Notes under the pieces: generated by a model
Seen by the model: only the letters and a program-made list of their open reading frames with translations
Database searches by the model: none
Told to the model about the DNA's origin: nothing
Translations under genes and position numbers: made by a program
In this document: piece after piece, positions 18,386 through 30,432 of the stretch
Layout of the letters: the number at the start of each line of letters is the position of its first letter
Position numbering within the stretch: position 1 is the stretch's first letter
Assembly: GCA_049942965.1 (NCBI GenBank)
Contig: CP188088.1
Span: 360,001-392,000 of the forward strand
DNA: 32,000 nucleotides
From: Candidatus Saccharimonadota bacterium
Lineage (GTDB): Bacteria > Pseudomonadota > Gammaproteobacteria > Enterobacterales > Enterobacteriaceae
Direction: 5' to 3'

Positions 18386-20254
18386 TTAATGTGTTAAATA
18401 ACACAAAAAAATAAAAGACAAACAAAAAAACGATGCTCCAGATACAAAAAATAAAATATGCCAAGATAAAGTTTTTTTTACTAAACACAAAAATATGTTA
18501 TGAAAAAAAATTATAAAAAAAGAAAAAAAAGAAAATAATTTTTTAAATGGATCAATAGAAATTTTTTCTACTATAAAAAAATATGGTTTTACAAAAATAA
18601 AATCATAAAAAAAATCAAATCCAAAATTTGTATTATTAAAAGAATATTTATTTAAATAAATATTCTTCTTTGATAATTTATAGAAAATATTTTTTTTATT
18701 TACATACAAATCATAAGGAATTAACACGCCTATGATAGACAACATACTAGATATAAATTCTAAAAAATTTCTTTTTGTAAAAATATAATTTTTATTATAA
18801 AAATCAAAAAATATAGAGGAAAAAGGCGGAAAAAACATGATAAATACAGTTGAAAAAATTAACAAAACAAATAATGGGAAAGTGTGAAAAAAACTATTAT
18901 TTAGATAAGAAACTTTTTGTTTTTCTCTTTTTACATGAAAAATTAAAAATATCATTCTAAATGTATATATTGAAGTTAATAAAACCCCTATAAGTGAAGA
19001 AAAAAGAAGCATCCAGTTTTTATTTTCCAATAAAAAACACAAAATTTGACCTTTAGTATAAAAACCTGAAGTTATCAACGGCAAGGAACTTAATGAAGCA
19101 CCTCCAACCAAAAAACAAAAATAAATAAACGGCTGTTTTTTCCTTGCACTACCCATTTTTAAAATATTTTCCTCTCCATTAAAAAAAGAAATTATAGAAG
19201 CTGAACTTAAAAATAATAAAGATTTAAAAAAAGAATGAATAATTAAATGCATAATAGCAGCATTCCAACATTTTACAGAAATCGCTATAAACATATATCC
19301 GATTTGACTCATTGTAGAATACGCTAAAATTTTTTTTATATTATTTTGGAATAAAGCTGCAAAACAAGAAAAAAGAACAGTTAATATTCCAATAATTCCT
19401 ATAAGAAGTAAAATTGTTGGAGACATAGAAAATAAAAAATTAGTTCTAACAATTAAATACACACCTGCAGTTATCATTGTCGATGCATGTATTAACGCTG
19501 AAACAGGAGTAGGTCCAACCATTGCATCAGTTAGCCATGTTTGTAGTGGAATTTGAGCTGATTTACTTACTGCTGCAACTAAAAGACAAAAAATAGAAAA
19601 ATGAAATTGCCAATCCTTAGCTAATAAACTATTTTTTAAAAAAAATTTTAAATCATTTAAGTTTGTTGTTTTAAAATGAGAATATAAAATAAAAATAGAT
19701 AAACAAAAAAATATATCTCCTATTTTAGTCATTAAAAAAGCTTTCATAGCTGATTTATAACTAATTTTTTTTCTATGATAAAATCCAATAAGCAAATAAG
19801 AACATAATCCTACCAATTCCCAAGCACAATACATTAATAATAAATTATCAGATAAAATAAATAAAAACATACTAGCTACAAAAAGATTCATGTAAGAAAA
19901 ATAAGTAGAAAACTCTTCTTCAGATTTCATATACCAATAAGAAAAAACATGTATTAAAAAACCAACTAATCCGATCATTAATAACATAAAAATTGAAAAT
20001 TTATCCATTAATAAATCAAATTTAAAATTTAGAGATCGAATGTTATTCCATATTTCAATATGTTGAGAAAAAAAATCAAAACCAGATCTATTATTAAAAT
20101 AACAAAAAAAAATATGAAAAATAATTCCTAACGAAAAAAAAATTGAACCTATTCCGATCAAAGCAGAAAAAAAATTCGATATTTTTCTTTGAAAAATAGA
20201 TAAAATGAAAAATCCAAATAAAGGAAAAATAATAATACTACTCATGTTATTCAT
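18386..20254 (-). CDS. nuoL: NADH-quinone oxidoreductase subunit L
   Basis: 622 aa vs 613. Conserved LLMYCAWELVGLCSYLLIGFY, KSAQIPLQTWLTDAMVGPTPVSALIHASTMITAGVYLI, AYSTMSQIGYMF. The ATG overlaps the nuoK stop (ATGA). Confidence 0.95.
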   Translation of the reverse strand: MNNMSSIIIFPLFGFFILSIFQRKISNFFSALIGIGSIFFSLGIIFHIFFCYFNNRSGFDFFSQHIEIWNNIRSLNFKFDLLMDKFSIFMLLMIGLVGFLIHVFSYWYMKSEEEFSTYFSYMNLFVASMFLFILSDNLLLMYCAWELVGLCSYLLIGFYHRKKISYKSAMKAFLMTKIGDIFFCLSIFILYSHFKTTNLNDLKFFLKNSLLAKDWQFHFSIFCLLVAAVSKSAQIPLQTWLTDAMVGPTPVSALIHASTMITAGVYLIVRTNFLFSMSPTILLLIGIIGILTVLFSCFAALFQNNIKKILAYSTMSQIGYMFIAISVKCWNAAIMHLIIHSFFKSLLFLSSASIISFFNGEENILKMGSARKKQPFIYFCFLVGGASLSSLPLITSGFYTKGQILCFLLENKNWMLLFSSLIGVLLTSIYTFRMIFLIFHVKREKQKVSYLNNSFFHTFPLFVLLIFSTVFIMFFPPFSSIFFDFYNKNYIFTKRNFLEFISSMLSIIGVLIPYDLYVNKKNIFYKLSKKNIYLNKYSFNNTNFGFDFFYDFIFVKPYFFIVEKISIDPFKKLFSFFSFFIIFFHNIFLCLVKKTLSWHILFFVSGASFFCLSFIFLCYLTH

Positions 20255-20553
20255 TCACAAATCTCGCTTAAAACGTCTATATTTAATGTCTTATAATAAC
20301 GATGCATCTGAATTAAAAGAGCTAATCCTATTCCAGATTCAATAGCTGATAATGTAATTATTAACAAATATAATATTTGTCCATCTAACTGATGAACATA
20401 ATTGCTGGCAAAAACCAAAATTAAAGAACAGGCATTGTTCATTATTTCTAATCCAATTAATATGAAAAGAAAATTACGACGAGTTAATATTAAAAATAAT
20501 CCTGAGAAAAATAATAACATCGACAACAATAAACCATGCTGTATAGGAATCAT
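20251..20553 (-). CDS. nuoK: NADH-quinone oxidoreductase subunit K
   Basis: 100 aa, identical in length to E. coli NuoK. MIPIQHGLLLS vs MIPLQHGLILA; conserved LIGLEIM.NA and ESGIGLALL. Ends in TGA. Confidence 0.95.
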   Translation of the reverse strand: MIPIQHGLLLSMLLFFSGLFLILTRRNFLFILIGLEIMNNACSLILVFASNYVHQLDGQILYLLIITLSAIESGIGLALLIQMHRYYKTLNIDVLSEICE

Positions 20554-20590
20554 ATAATATGTCCTTAGTCTAAAATGCAGTTAACTAAAT

Positions 20591-21088
20591 TTATTTATTT
20601 TTTTTTCCAATATAAAATGTAATTACTATTCCAGATAATAAAATCATAGAAATAAATTCAAATAATATAGCATACGAACTTAATAATTTATTACCAAACT
20701 TACGAATGTTATCTGATTCAGACATAAAATTCATTTCACCATTATTTAAAAAATATAAAAAATATAAAAAACTAAAAAATAACATTAAAAAAATTAAAGA
20801 AAAAATTTTCCAATTTATTAAAAATGAAAAATTTCTTTTTTTTTGTTTAGAATCTTTCTCTAAATTTAACGTTATAAGGGTAAAAATAAATAAAACCATT
20901 ATGGCACCAACATAAATTATTACTTCTATAACCCCAGGAAAAAAAGCACCTAATGAAAAAAAAACTCCGGAAGTAGATAATATCGATATTAAAAAATATA
21001 ATAAAGAATACATAACATCAAAACTAAATATTATACAAAATGTAGATAATATTGAAATTGCTGCAAAAAAATAAAAAGTTAATTCCAT
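20591..21088 (-). CDS. nuoJ: NADH-quinone oxidoreductase subunit J
   Basis: 165 aa vs 184 in E. coli; the charged C-terminal tail is missing. Conserved SGVFFSLGA.F.G..E.I.Y.GAIMVLF.F. Confidence 0.9.
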   Translation of the reverse strand: MELTFYFFAAISILSTFCIIFSFDVMYSLLYFLISILSTSGVFFSLGAFFPGVIEVIIYVGAIMVLFIFTLITLNLEKDSKQKKRNFSFLINWKIFSLIFLMLFFSFLYFLYFLNNGEMNFMSESDNIRKFGNKLLSSYAILFEFISMILLSGIVITFYIGKKNK

Positions 21089-21100
21089 TCAATATTTTCC

Positions 21101-21643
21101 TTATGGTAATAAATTTTTAACACTGATTGGTTTGAATTCAGTTTTCGAACTTCCGATAGATTTATCTTCTGTAGCAACACCTGAAACATTATGAAAATTA
21201 TAATTATCTTTTTTTCCAGTTCCAGAAATTAATAAATCTTCTTTTTCAAAAACTAAATGTTCTCTTTTAAACTCAGATAATTCAAAATCTTTGGTCAATT
21301 GAATTGCTAATGTTGGACAAGATTCTTCACAAAGACCACAAAAAATACAACGAGAAAGATTTATTCTAAAAAATTTTGGATAAGATCTACCTGACTTGTT
21401 TTCTGATTTTTGTAATGTAATACAGTCAACAGGACACACAACCGAACATAAATTACAAGCCACACATCTTTCACTACCATCATCATTTCGAGTCAATACT
21501 ATTCTTCCTCTATTTCGACTTGATAATTTAATAGTTGTTTCAGGATACAATATAGTTTCTCTTTTAGAGAAAATATTTTTAAAAACCATATACATACTTT
21601 TTAATTGACTAAAAAAAATTAATATCATTTTTTTAAGTATCAT
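21101..21643 (-). CDS. nuoI: NADH-quinone oxidoreductase subunit I (2x[4Fe-4S] ferredoxin-type)
   Basis: The track ORF opens at GTG 21655. ATG 21643 gives 180 aa, the E. coli length, with 26 residues before KRET in both. Two CxxCxxCxxxCP motifs ([24 protein letters not shown]). C-terminus [10 protein letters not shown] vs KPIDVKSLLP. Confidence 0.94.
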   Translation of the reverse strand: MILKKMILIFFSQLKSMYMVFKNIFSKRETILYPETTIKLSSRNRGRIVLTRNDDGSERCVACNLCSVVCPVDCITLQKSENKSGRSYPKFFRINLSRCIFCGLCEESCPTLAIQLTKDFELSEFKREHLVFEKEDLLISGTGKKDNYNFHNVSGVATEDKSIGSSKTEFKPISVKNLLP

Positions 21644-21658
21644 AAAATTATCCACGTA

Positions 21659-22624
21659 TTATACTAAAATTGTAAAAAAAACCGTAAAAAACAAATTTAA
21701 CAACGTTAAAGGAAAACAAAATTTCCATCCAAAGTTCATAACTTGATCATATCTAGGTCTTGGCAAAGAAGCTCTAACCAAAATGAATAAACATATCAAT
21801 AACATGGTCTTTATAAAAAAACAAAAAAAAGAAGAAATAAAAGGTCCTAAATATCCTCCAAAAAAAACTGTAGTCATTAAAGATGACATAGTAATTATAG
21901 AAATATATTCTCCAATAAAAAATAAACCAAATTTTATTCCTGAATATTCGATATTATATCCACTTGACAATTCCTGTTCAGATTCAGGTTGATCAAAAGG
22001 ATGTCTATGACATAATGCTAAACTAGATACAAAAAAGGATAAAAAACCAATAAATTGAGGAAAAAAATTCCATATATCTTTTTGACTTTCAATAATGTCT
22101 ACCAAATCAAAAGAACCTGCTCGAACTACAGCCCCCATTACTGACAAACCTAAAAAAATTTCAAAACTCAACGTTTGAGCTACTGCGCGTAAAGAACCAA
22201 GTAATGCATATTTATTATTACTAGACCAACCAGCAAATAGTATTCCATATACAGATAACGAAGCCATCATAAAGAAAAATAAAATTCCAATATTTAAATG
22301 CATAACCATCCAGTTTGAATTTATTGGAATTATACTCATGACAATTAATAAACAAACAAAAGAAATAACTGGAGCAATAACAAAAAATAAAGAATTTGAA
22401 AATATAGGAATCCAGTCTTCTTTAAAAAAAATTTTTATCATATCAGCTACAACCTGTAATAAACCATATTTTCCAACTCTATTTGGTCCATATCGATTTT
22501 GAAATAACGCTAATAATCTTCTCTCAAAAAAACTTAAAAAAGCCGAAAAAAAAATAACTGAAAAAAAAAATAAAACAGTAATTGCTGGAGAAAAAACACC
22601 TGTTGCACTATTAATAATCTTCAT
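21659..22624 (-). CDS. nuoH: NADH-quinone oxidoreductase subunit H
   Basis: 321 aa vs 325. Conserved [59 protein letters not shown]. The ATG at 22624 overlaps the nuoG 3' end by 14 nt. Confidence 0.96.
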   Translation of the reverse strand: MKIINSATGVFSPAITVLFFFSVIFFSAFLSFFERRLLALFQNRYGPNRVGKYGLLQVVADMIKIFFKEDWIPIFSNSLFFVIAPVISFVCLLIVMSIIPINSNWMVMHLNIGILFFFMMASLSVYGILFAGWSSNNKYALLGSLRAVAQTLSFEIFLGLSVMGAVVRAGSFDLVDIIESQKDIWNFFPQFIGFLSFFVSSLALCHRHPFDQPESEQELSSGYNIEYSGIKFGLFFIGEYISIITMSSLMTTVFFGGYLGPFISSFFCFFIKTMLLICLFILVRASLPRPRYDQVMNFGWKFCFPLTLLNLFFTVFFTILV

Positions 22625-25394
22625 TTTTTATCCTTTTTCGAAGATTTGTTACTTTTTTACCTAATAAAAATAATGGAATATTAGAATTACCTATAGATAA
22701 TCCTATTTGACCAGATTTTAAAAATTTAGAAATTTTTATATGTAATATAAATTTTGTATCTAAATAATAGAATTGAATCATATCACCTTCAAATAAATCA
22801 AGTTTTTTAGAATCAGCAATTGACATTCTTGCAAAATTTTCCTTACTAAAGTTTTTTCTTATTAATTCAGAACGATTAGATAATTCTTCATTATTAAACA
22901 ATGTATAAAAAGGAACTACTAAAAAATTGTTTTCATCGATAATAGTTGATTTTAAATTTGGAATAAAATTTATATTTTTAATACCTAAATTCTTAAGATC
23001 ATTTAAAATTCTAATCCCAGGATTTCCGTTTTTTAAATTTCCTCCAATTTCATCTTGAAACTTATTCCAAGATTGTGCTGAATTCCAACCAGGAAACCAA
23101 GAAAAAGGTATTTGAGAAGAAGAACAAGACAGTTGATTGTTTCCTTCCATAGAAAAAGAAAACATTGAATTAATATCGATAGGCTGACTGTTTTCATGAA
23201 TATTTTTATGAGAAAACTGAGCTGTTCTTCCACTATAACGATGCGGAGAACGAGCAATTTTTTGACCTTTAATTCTAAAATTAGAATTATAAGAAGCTTT
23301 TTTTATTTTTTTTAAAAATGGAAATGATTTTACTAAAGAACTAATAACATCTTCTATATTAATCCATGAAAAAGGTTTTCTTTTAATTTTAGAATCTAAA
23401 ATATGAATCCATTTCCAACTCTCTAGAACTACATTATTTTTTGAATAAAATTTAGGATCATATACTTGAAAAAATCTTTGTGCTCTAATTTCATGATTTA
23501 TTACAGTTCCTGTACTTTCAAAAAAATTAGAACATGGAAAACTTATACTTCCATTTTGATATGTATTTGTATTTTGATGATCAATAACAATAGAATCAAA
23601 TTTTGAAAACATATCATCAATTTTATCTTTTGACATTAAACGATATAAATCATTCTCTAAAACTATTAATGCTATTTTTTTTTTTTGACTCAAAAATTTT
23701 TTAATTCCTGTTTCAATTGATTTATTCCCAATTAATCCTAATCCAATACTATTAACATTAGAAGTTAATAATGTTATTCCCGTTTCAATTCCTTTTTTAA
23801 TTAAAGATTTAGACAGATTAAATGCAGACTTAATAAGTCTAATATCTCCTGAATGAGATCCTGAAACAATTAGTACTTTTTTTGATTTTAAAAAAGTATC
23901 TACTATTAATTCGATTTTTGATTTTAAAGAAATATTAAATATTTCTGATTCTAATACATTTGAATCAAGTTTATTTTCTATACAATTTAATAAATTTATT
24001 TGATCTTCAACAGAAGAAACAAAATTCCATCTTGAAATTTTATCGAGAGCTGTAACATTTGTGCTAGTTATAAACAAAGAATTTAACTTATTGTTTGTAG
24101 AATAAGATTTAGCCATACTATGCCAAGTAGGAATATTTTCTGTATTACTACTGCTATTATTACTACAAACATTCAATGAATAGTTGCTAACTGCTCTACG
24201 AATTGACAACGCAATACGAGGAGATGTATTTGTGACATCTTCTCCTAATATAAAAATACAATCATAACTTTCTATCTCACGCAATGTTGGAGTGTATATT
24301 CCACTTTCTGTTAAAATTTTAATAATTAATTGAATACAAGAATTCTCAATTTCAGTACTATCTACAAAAAAGTTCTCTTTTCCTACAAAATTCAATAAAG
24401 CATAATTACTTTCTATACTTGCTCTTGATGAACCTATTCCAATAATTTTAGAAGAGTCGTTTAATATTTCCTTGCATTTATTGAATGCCAATTCAACATT
24501 GATTTTTAATCTACCAAAATCATTTTTAAAATTTAAATTTTTAGTTGTCACATCCTTAGGATTATCTATCCTATTAGCATATCCATAACCAAATCTACCT
24601 CTATCACAAATAAAATAATGATTGATATCTCCATGATATCGATTCTCTATTTTAACCAATTTCCCATATCTTTCTCCAGCTATAATATTACAACCAATAC
24701 TACAATGAGAACAAATGCTAGGTGCATACTGCATATCCCACTTTCTACTATAATTTTCAGAACTAGTTTTGTCCGTAAAAACTCCAGTAGGACATATTTC
24801 AATTAAATTTCCTGAATGCTCGTTTTTTAAAACTCCGTCTTTTAATCTACCAAAATAAATATTATCTTTTGAACCAAAAATACCAAAATCTTCTCCCCCA
24901 GCATAATCCTTGTAATATCTTACACAACGATAACAACTTATACATCTATTCATGTTATGTGATATGAATGGACCAATAAATTGATTTTTATGTGTTTTTT
25001 TTTTATACACGTATCTACGAGTATAATGTCTGTTCATAACAGTCATATCTTGAAGATGACAATTTCCACCTTCCTCACAAACTGGACAATCATGAGGATG
25101 ATTTATCATTAATAGTTCAATTATTGCTTTTCTAAAATTTAAAACATCACTAGTTTCGGTAAACACAACCATATTATTTGTTATTGTAGTCATACAAGAC
25201 ATGACTATTTGTCCAACTTTATCATTCTTATTCAAATATACTTTAACAGCACATTGTCTACAAGAACCTATACTTCCTAATTCTGGATGCCAACAAAAAT
25301 ACGGAATATTAATTCCTACAGACAAACAAGAAGATAATAAATTATTTTCTGCATTTACATCATACTGATTATTATTCACAACAATTTTAGTCAT
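22611..25394 (-). CDS. nuoG: NADH-quinone oxidoreductase subunit G
   Basis: The track ORF opens at TTG 25409. ATG 25394 ([13 protein letters not shown]) aligns with E. coli MATIHVDGKEYEV. Fe-S ligand blocks are conserved: CRQCAV; [18 protein letters not shown]; [10 protein letters not shown]; and the N7-type CSHCSIGCN ... [10 protein letters not shown]. 927 aa vs about 908. Confidence 0.95.
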   Translation of the reverse strand: MTKIVVNNNQYDVNAENNLLSSCLSVGINIPYFCWHPELGSIGSCRQCAVKVYLNKNDKVGQIVMSCMTTITNNMVVFTETSDVLNFRKAIIELLMINHPHDCPVCEEGGNCHLQDMTVMNRHYTRRYVYKKKTHKNQFIGPFISHNMNRCISCYRCVRYYKDYAGGEDFGIFGSKDNIYFGRLKDGVLKNEHSGNLIEICPTGVFTDKTSSENYSRKWDMQYAPSICSHCSIGCNIIAGERYGKLVKIENRYHGDINHYFICDRGRFGYGYANRIDNPKDVTTKNLNFKNDFGRLKINVELAFNKCKEILNDSSKIIGIGSSRASIESNYALLNFVGKENFFVDSTEIENSCIQLIIKILTESGIYTPTLREIESYDCIFILGEDVTNTSPRIALSIRRAVSNYSLNVCSNNSSSNTENIPTWHSMAKSYSTNNKLNSLFITSTNVTALDKISRWNFVSSVEDQINLLNCIENKLDSNVLESEIFNISLKSKIELIVDTFLKSKKVLIVSGSHSGDIRLIKSAFNLSKSLIKKGIETGITLLTSNVNSIGLGLIGNKSIETGIKKFLSQKKKIALIVLENDLYRLMSKDKIDDMFSKFDSIVIDHQNTNTYQNGSISFPCSNFFESTGTVINHEIRAQRFFQVYDPKFYSKNNVVLESWKWIHILDSKIKRKPFSWINIEDVISSLVKSFPFLKKIKKASYNSNFRIKGQKIARSPHRYSGRTAQFSHKNIHENSQPIDINSMFSFSMEGNNQLSCSSSQIPFSWFPGWNSAQSWNKFQDEIGGNLKNGNPGIRILNDLKNLGIKNINFIPNLKSTIIDENNFLVVPFYTLFNNEELSNRSELIRKNFSKENFARMSIADSKKLDLFEGDMIQFYYLDTKFILHIKISKFLKSGQIGLSIGNSNIPLFLLGKKVTNLRKRIKNEDY

Positions 25395-25511
25395 TAAAAA
25401 AAAATCCAAAATGTTAGATGAAAGTTTATATTTATGTTTTAAAGATTAATTTTTATAACGAAAAAATAACTTTAATACAGTTTTAAATTATAAAAAAAAA
25501 TAAACAACTAA

Positions 25512-26792
25512 TTATTTAATTTTAATACCTGATTCAAATTCATTACGAAAATAAAATAATGCACTTTTTAATGGTAGCATTGCTCCTGGAGCATGTGCAC
25601 AAAATGTTTTTCCAGGTCCTAAATATGTACATAGTTCTTCCAAAAGAAGAATATCTTCTAGTTTTCCGTTTTTTTTCTCTAAAGAATCTAAAATTTTTAC
25701 AATCCAGGGTAATCCATCTCGACAAGGAGTACACCAACCACATGATTCTCTAGAAAAAAATATTTCCAGATTTTTTAATAAAGATACCATCTTAATTTCT
25801 TCGTGCACTACCATTGCCATTCCTGTACCTAATCTATTACCAATTTTCATAAAACTAGAAAAATCCATTTTTATGTCTAAATGTTTTTTAACTAAAAAAC
25901 TAGTACTTGCTCCACCTGGTAACCACGTTTTTAAAACGTATCCATATTGCATTCCACCTGCATATTCTTCTAATATCTCTCTAGCTGTAATTCCTAATGG
26001 AACTTCCCAAATTCCAGGTTTTTTTACTTTTCCTGAAAAACCTACAATCTTTGTACCAGAATCTTCACTATTAGATAAACTTTTATACCAATCTATTCCA
26101 TGTAATAAAATCGATGGAACATTTGATAATGTTTCAACATTATTAACACAAGTAGGTTTTCCCCATAGTCCACTAACAGCAGGAAATGGAGGTTTTGATC
26201 TTGGATTTGCCCTTCTACCTTCTAAAGAATTAATTAATGCAGTTTCTTCACCACAAATATACCTTCCCGCACCACTATGTAAAAATAAATTAAAACTGAA
26301 ATTAGTACCTAATATATTTTTTCCTAAAAAACCAAAATCTTTTGCTTCTTCTATTGCTCGTTTTAATATACGTTCAGCATCTGTATATTCTCCTCTCAAA
26401 AAAATGTAACCGCAAGAAGACCGAATAGCAAAAGCAGAAATTAAAATTCCTTCAATTAATTGATGAGGTATTTTTTCCATTAAAAATCGATCTTTATAAG
26501 TACCAGGTTCCATTTCATCAGCGTTACATAGTAAATAATGAGGAAATATTTGTTCTTGATTAGAAACTAACCTCCATTTAATTCCTGTTGGAAAACCAGC
26601 ACCACCTCTTCCTTTCAATCCAGATAACATAATTAATTCAATTACTTCTTTGGGAGAATAATTTTTCAAAACTTTTTTAAAAGAACAATATCCAATTGTA
26701 CTTATATATTCTTTTATCCAAACTGTATGATTTTTATTATTATTTATCCACCAAGTAAGAGGATGTGTTTCTTTTTCTATGACATCTTTCAT
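25512..26792 (-). CDS. nuoF: NADH-quinone oxidoreductase subunit F (NADH/FMN-binding)
   Basis: 426 aa vs 445 in E. coli; the C-terminal ~19 aa are absent. Conserved [73 protein letters not shown]. The ATG overlaps the nuoE stop (ATGA). Confidence 0.97.
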   Translation of the reverse strand: MKDVIEKETHPLTWWINNNKNHTVWIKEYISTIGYCSFKKVLKNYSPKEVIELIMLSGLKGRGGAGFPTGIKWRLVSNQEQIFPHYLLCNADEMEPGTYKDRFLMEKIPHQLIEGILISAFAIRSSCGYIFLRGEYTDAERILKRAIEEAKDFGFLGKNILGTNFSFNLFLHSGAGRYICGEETALINSLEGRRANPRSKPPFPAVSGLWGKPTCVNNVETLSNVPSILLHGIDWYKSLSNSEDSGTKIVGFSGKVKKPGIWEVPLGITAREILEEYAGGMQYGYVLKTWLPGGASTSFLVKKHLDIKMDFSSFMKIGNRLGTGMAMVVHEEIKMVSLLKNLEIFFSRESCGWCTPCRDGLPWIVKILDSLEKKNGKLEDILLLEELCTYLGPGKTFCAHAPGAMLPLKSALFYFRNEFESGIKIK

Positions 26793-27283
26793 TGATGTTT
26801 CTCTAATAAAATTGGTATTAGTCCTATGGTTAACTTAGTATAAGTTTTGTCATTTATCATCATTGCAGGAGATTTATCACAGCATCCTAAACAACACGTT
26901 GGTAATAAAGTAAATCTATTATCTCTGGTTGTTTCCCCTTTTTTAATTTTTAATATCCTTTTTAGTTCGTTTTCTATTTCAATATATCCAGTAACATAAC
27001 AGACCATACTGTCACAATATCGAATAACATTTCTTCCAACTGGCCTTCTATATATATGACTATAAAAAGTAGCTACTTCTTCTATCTCTACAGGTGGTAA
27101 ATTTAACAGTTTAGCAATTTCGTAAATAGAATCCAAAGAAACCCAACCTCGTTTTTTCTGAACAATTTTTAAAGCTTCTATAGAAACTGCTCTGGAATCA
27201 AGATAACATTTTTTTTTTTCTTGAATTTCTTTTTTTTCAATTTCACTTAAATTAAAATTTGTAGGTATTATTTTAGTTTTCAT
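26789..27283 (-). CDS. nuoE: NADH-quinone oxidoreductase subunit E (2Fe-2S)
   Basis: 164 aa vs 166. Conserved [53 protein letters not shown]. Ends in TGA. Confidence 0.96.
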   Translation of the reverse strand: MKTKIIPTNFNLSEIEKKEIQEKKKCYLDSRAVSIEALKIVQKKRGWVSLDSIYEIAKLLNLPPVEIEEVATFYSHIYRRPVGRNVIRYCDSMVCYVTGYIEIENELKRILKIKKGETTRDNRFTLLPTCCLGCCDKSPAMMINDKTYTKLTIGLIPILLEKHQ

Positions 27284-27297
27284 AATAGTATTTCAAC

Positions 27298-29115
27298 TTA
27301 TCGGTCAACGTCAGACATTACAAAATCAATACTTCCTAAATAAGCAATTAAATCAGAAATTAAACTACCTCGAATAACAGAAGGAATTTGCTGTAAATGA
27401 GCAAAGCTAGGAGTACGTATTCTAGTTCGATAACTACAAGTATTTCCATCACTAATTAAATAATAACTATTAATTCCTTTAGTAGCTTCAATCATTTGAA
27501 AACTTTCAGCTGGATCAAAAACAGGACCCCAAGAAACTTGCAAAAAATGAGTTATCATAGTTTCAATATTATGAAGTGAAAACTCTTTAACAGGTGGAGT
27601 TGTTAAAGGATGATCTGCTTTATATAAACCTTCAGGCATATTTTTCAAACATTGTTTTAAAATGTTTAAACTTTGATAAATTTCTTCTACTTTTAACATT
27701 ATTCTAGAATAACAATCACTTGTACCATTTCCTATTGGTATATCAAACAAAAAATTTTCATAACCAGAATATGGTCTAGATTTTCTAATATCAAATTCTA
27801 CTCCAGTAGCGCGAAGTCCAGCACCAGTAATTCCCCATGACAAAGCTTCTGTTTTAGAATAAGAAGCAACTCCTTTCGAACGAGAAATTAAAATTGTATT
27901 TTTTAATGCAGAATTTACATAAAAATCAATACGTTTAGGAATCCAAGATAAAAATCTTTTCAAAAGATCATCCCATCCTTTTGGTAAATCGTCAGCTACT
28001 CCACCAATCCTAAACCAAGCAGGATGCATTCTTGCTCCAGTTATCGATTCAATTACATCATAAATTTTTTGTCTATCCGTAAATGCTAAAAATACCGGTG
28101 TCATTAATCCTATGTCTTGAATAAAGGTAGCAATGCATAGCAAATGACTATTAATTCGAAATAGTTCCGATAACATTATTCTAATCACTTTTGCTCTTTC
28201 TGGAACTTTAATATTTGCGAATTTTTCAATTGCTAAAACATATGGCATCTCATTTACACAACCACCTAAATATTCAATTCTGTCAGTATAAGGAATATAG
28301 GTATGCCATGTTTGTCGTTCTGCCATTTTTTCAGCTCCACGATGGTGATAACCAATATCTGGAACACAATCAACAATTTCTTCTCCATCTAATTGTAATA
28401 CAATTCTTAAAACACCATGTACAGATGGATGATTAGGACCTAAATTTAAAAACATAAAATCATTATTTTTATGTCTTCTCTTCATACCCCATATTTCTGG
28501 TCTGAATTTTAAAGACTCAATTTCATTTTCTTCTTTTTCTTTAGTTAAAAAAAAAGGTTCTAATTCTGTTGCTCTAGCTGAATAATCTTTTCTTAAAGGA
28601 TGTCCTTTCCAAGTATTTGGCATGATTATTCTAGTTAAATTTGGATGTCCTAAAAAAGTAATTCCAAACATATCCCAAACTTCTCTTTCATACCAATTTG
28701 AATTTAAATATATGTTTGTTAAAGTAGGAATATTTAAATCATTTTCAGACAAAGGAACTTTCAACATCAAATCATTATTTCTTTCAATAGAAATAAAATG
28801 ATAAAATACTGTAAAATCAGACGTAGGCAACATATTCTTAAAAACTCGAACACGTTCATCAATTGCATGTAAATCAAACAAAATATTATAAGGATTAGAT
28901 AAAATGGTTTTTACGAAATTAACTACTTCTAGTAACATTCCTTTTGGAATCCAAATAATAGGAAAGTCAGTTTTAGAAAATTGAAAAAAAAATTTGTTTT
29001 GTTTAAAATAGAAGTTAATTTCTTTTACTATTTCGTACTCAATGTTATCTGTGCTTTGAGTGTTTTGTTTTTCTGGTTTTTGTTTTTTCATAAAATGTTC
29101 TTGAATAATATTCAT
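27298..29115 (-). CDS. nuoC: NADH-quinone oxidoreductase fused subunit C/D
   Basis: Fused NuoCD as in E. coli and Buchnera. Conserved [41 protein letters not shown], and C-terminal [14 protein letters not shown] identical to E. coli. Start uncertain: ATG 29115 gives 605 aa; the internal ATG 29091 gives 597 aa and aligns residue-for-residue with the E. coli N-terminus. Confidence 0.95.
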   Translation of the reverse strand: MNIIQEHFMKKQKPEKQNTQSTDNIEYEIVKEINFYFKQNKFFFQFSKTDFPIIWIPKGMLLEVVNFVKTILSNPYNILFDLHAIDERVRVFKNMLPTSDFTVFYHFISIERNNDLMLKVPLSENDLNIPTLTNIYLNSNWYEREVWDMFGITFLGHPNLTRIIMPNTWKGHPLRKDYSARATELEPFFLTKEKEENEIESLKFRPEIWGMKRRHKNNDFMFLNLGPNHPSVHGVLRIVLQLDGEEIVDCVPDIGYHHRGAEKMAERQTWHTYIPYTDRIEYLGGCVNEMPYVLAIEKFANIKVPERAKVIRIMLSELFRINSHLLCIATFIQDIGLMTPVFLAFTDRQKIYDVIESITGARMHPAWFRIGGVADDLPKGWDDLLKRFLSWIPKRIDFYVNSALKNTILISRSKGVASYSKTEALSWGITGAGLRATGVEFDIRKSRPYSGYENFLFDIPIGNGTSDCYSRIMLKVEEIYQSLNILKQCLKNMPEGLYKADHPLTTPPVKEFSLHNIETMITHFLQVSWGPVFDPAESFQMIEATKGINSYYLISDGNTCSYRTRIRTPSFAHLQQIPSVIRGSLISDLIAYLGSIDFVMSDVDR

Positions 29116-29206
29116 TTTAGATAAATTATTTCGTTCGATCTTTTTTCCAATAATTTACTGTTATCATTTCTTTAACTTTTATCCGAGTTTGTTCGATTTA
29201 AATAAA

Positions 29207-29866
29207 TTACTTTTTTGAATCTTCTGTATAATTTACTATTGGTATTTCTTTATCTTTAGAAAAGATTTTATTATCCGATTTTTTTTTATAAACATTTTGA
29301 TCTCCTAAAATCCAAGACAAAGGCCTTTTTTCTTTTGAAATAGTTTCTTGTAATAATTTTAAAGCTTGTATATAGGATTCAGGACGAGGTGGACATCCAG
29401 GAACATATACATCTACTGGAAGTATTTTATCTATTCCTTGAACTACAGAATAAATATCATACATTCCTCCAGAATTAGCACAAGAACCCATTGAAATTAC
29501 CCATTTAGGTTCTAACATTTGATCATATATTCTTTTAATTACTGGAACCATTTTTACGAACGGAGTTCCTGATATTACCATAAAATCTGATTGTCTAGGG
29601 GATGCTCTTAATACTTCAGATCCAAATCGACTAACGTCATGAACAGAAGTAAAAGCAGTTACCATTTCAACATAACAACAAGACAATCCAAAATTATATG
29701 GCCATAAAGAATTTTTTCTTCCCCAATTAACCAACGTTCGCAACCAAGTTGATAATTTACCAAAAACAATGTTCTTTTGATTTCCCATGTCTGTTATTCT
29801 GTCATTTTTCTCTAAATTGTGTCTATTATTGTTTATTTTTTTCGTATTTATTAATGTATACTTCAT
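29207..29866 (-). CDS. nuoB: NADH-quinone oxidoreductase subunit B
   Basis: The track ORF opens at TTG 29878. ATG 29866 (MKYTLINT vs E. coli MDYTLTRI) gives 219 aa vs 220. Conserved [37 protein letters not shown]. Confidence 0.96.
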   Translation of the reverse strand: MKYTLINTKKINNNRHNLEKNDRITDMGNQKNIVFGKLSTWLRTLVNWGRKNSLWPYNFGLSCCYVEMVTAFTSVHDVSRFGSEVLRASPRQSDFMVISGTPFVKMVPVIKRIYDQMLEPKWVISMGSCANSGGMYDIYSVVQGIDKILPVDVYVPGCPPRPESYIQALKLLQETISKEKRPLSWILGDQNVYKKKSDNKIFSKDKEIPIVNYTEDSKK

Positions 29867-29920
29867 TTTATTTCCCAAAATCTATAATTACAATAAAGTA
29901 ATAAAAAATTTATTAATTTT

Positions 29921-30310
29921 TTAAAATTTTTTCTTGGAATAAGACCAATCTAAAATTCCAAGCTTAACTACGTATATTAAACCAATTAGCAATTCAAAAA
30001 TAAAAAACATCATTTCTATAAACCCGATCCATGTAGTATCATTTATAGTTGTTACCCAAGAATATATATAAATTATTTCAACATCAAAAATAACAAAAAG
30101 CATGGCTACTAAATAAAATTTAACAGCATAACCAAAATTAATATTTGAAATGCCATCTATACCAGATTCAAATGGAATATTTTTTTTTTCTTTTGATTTT
30201 TCTCCTAATAACCAACCAAACAAAAGCATTAAAATTGGTATCAAAAAAGATAAAAATATAAAACAAAAAAAAGAAGAACTTAAAAAAAAAGAAGTATAAA
30301 ACATAGACAT
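29921..30310 (-). CDS. nuoA: NADH-quinone oxidoreductase subunit A
   Basis: 129 aa vs 147 in E. coli (shorter C-terminus). Conserved PFESGID, KFYLVAMLFVIFDVE, LDW. First gene of the nuo operon, divergent from dnaK. Confidence 0.92.
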   Translation of the reverse strand: MSMFYTSFFLSSSFFCFIFLSFLIPILMLLFGWLLGEKSKEKKNIPFESGIDGISNINFGYAVKFYLVAMLFVIFDVEIIYIYSWVTTINDTTWIGFIEMMFFIFELLIGLIYVVKLGILDWSYSKKKF

Positions 30311-30343
30311 ACTTATTCCAGAAATATTATTAAATAAAAAAAT

Positions 30344-30352
30344 ATTATATCA
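30344..30352 (-). promoter_or_regulatory. Candidate extended -10 element (TGATATAAT) for the nuo operon
   Basis: Plus-strand attatatca at 30344-30352 reads TGaTATAAT on the minus strand, an exact TGnTATAAT match, about 34 nt upstream of the nuoA ATG. TTGAAT lies upstream (30362-30367) but only 12 nt away, so it is not a good -35. TATAAT-like words are common by chance in such AT-rich spacers, hence the low confidence. Confidence 0.25.
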
Positions 30353-30432
30353 TAATTAATTATTCAATAAATTGAGAATTTGAAGTCGAACTTTATTATT
30401 TTTCTTTTTATAGAACTAGTTTTTTTTTAAAT

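Noticed and set aside
21648-21656. DnaA-box-like 9-mer TTATCCACG (8/9 match to TTATCCACA) at the nuoH/nuoI junction.
   Set aside because: It is a single isolated box inside an operon, overlapping the nuoH stop and nuoI start region. There is no cluster of boxes or AT-rich unwinding-element arrangement, so this is most likely coincidence.
25873-26409. 178-aa plus-strand ORF, long for so AT-rich a genome, lying entirely inside nuoF on the opposite strand.
   Set aside because: It is antisense to one of the best-conserved genes in the window. Its translation is Pro/Ser/Leu-rich with no recognisable motif, no SD and no independent intergenic context. This is typical shadow-ORF behaviour in the relatively GC-richer, constrained nuoF sequence.
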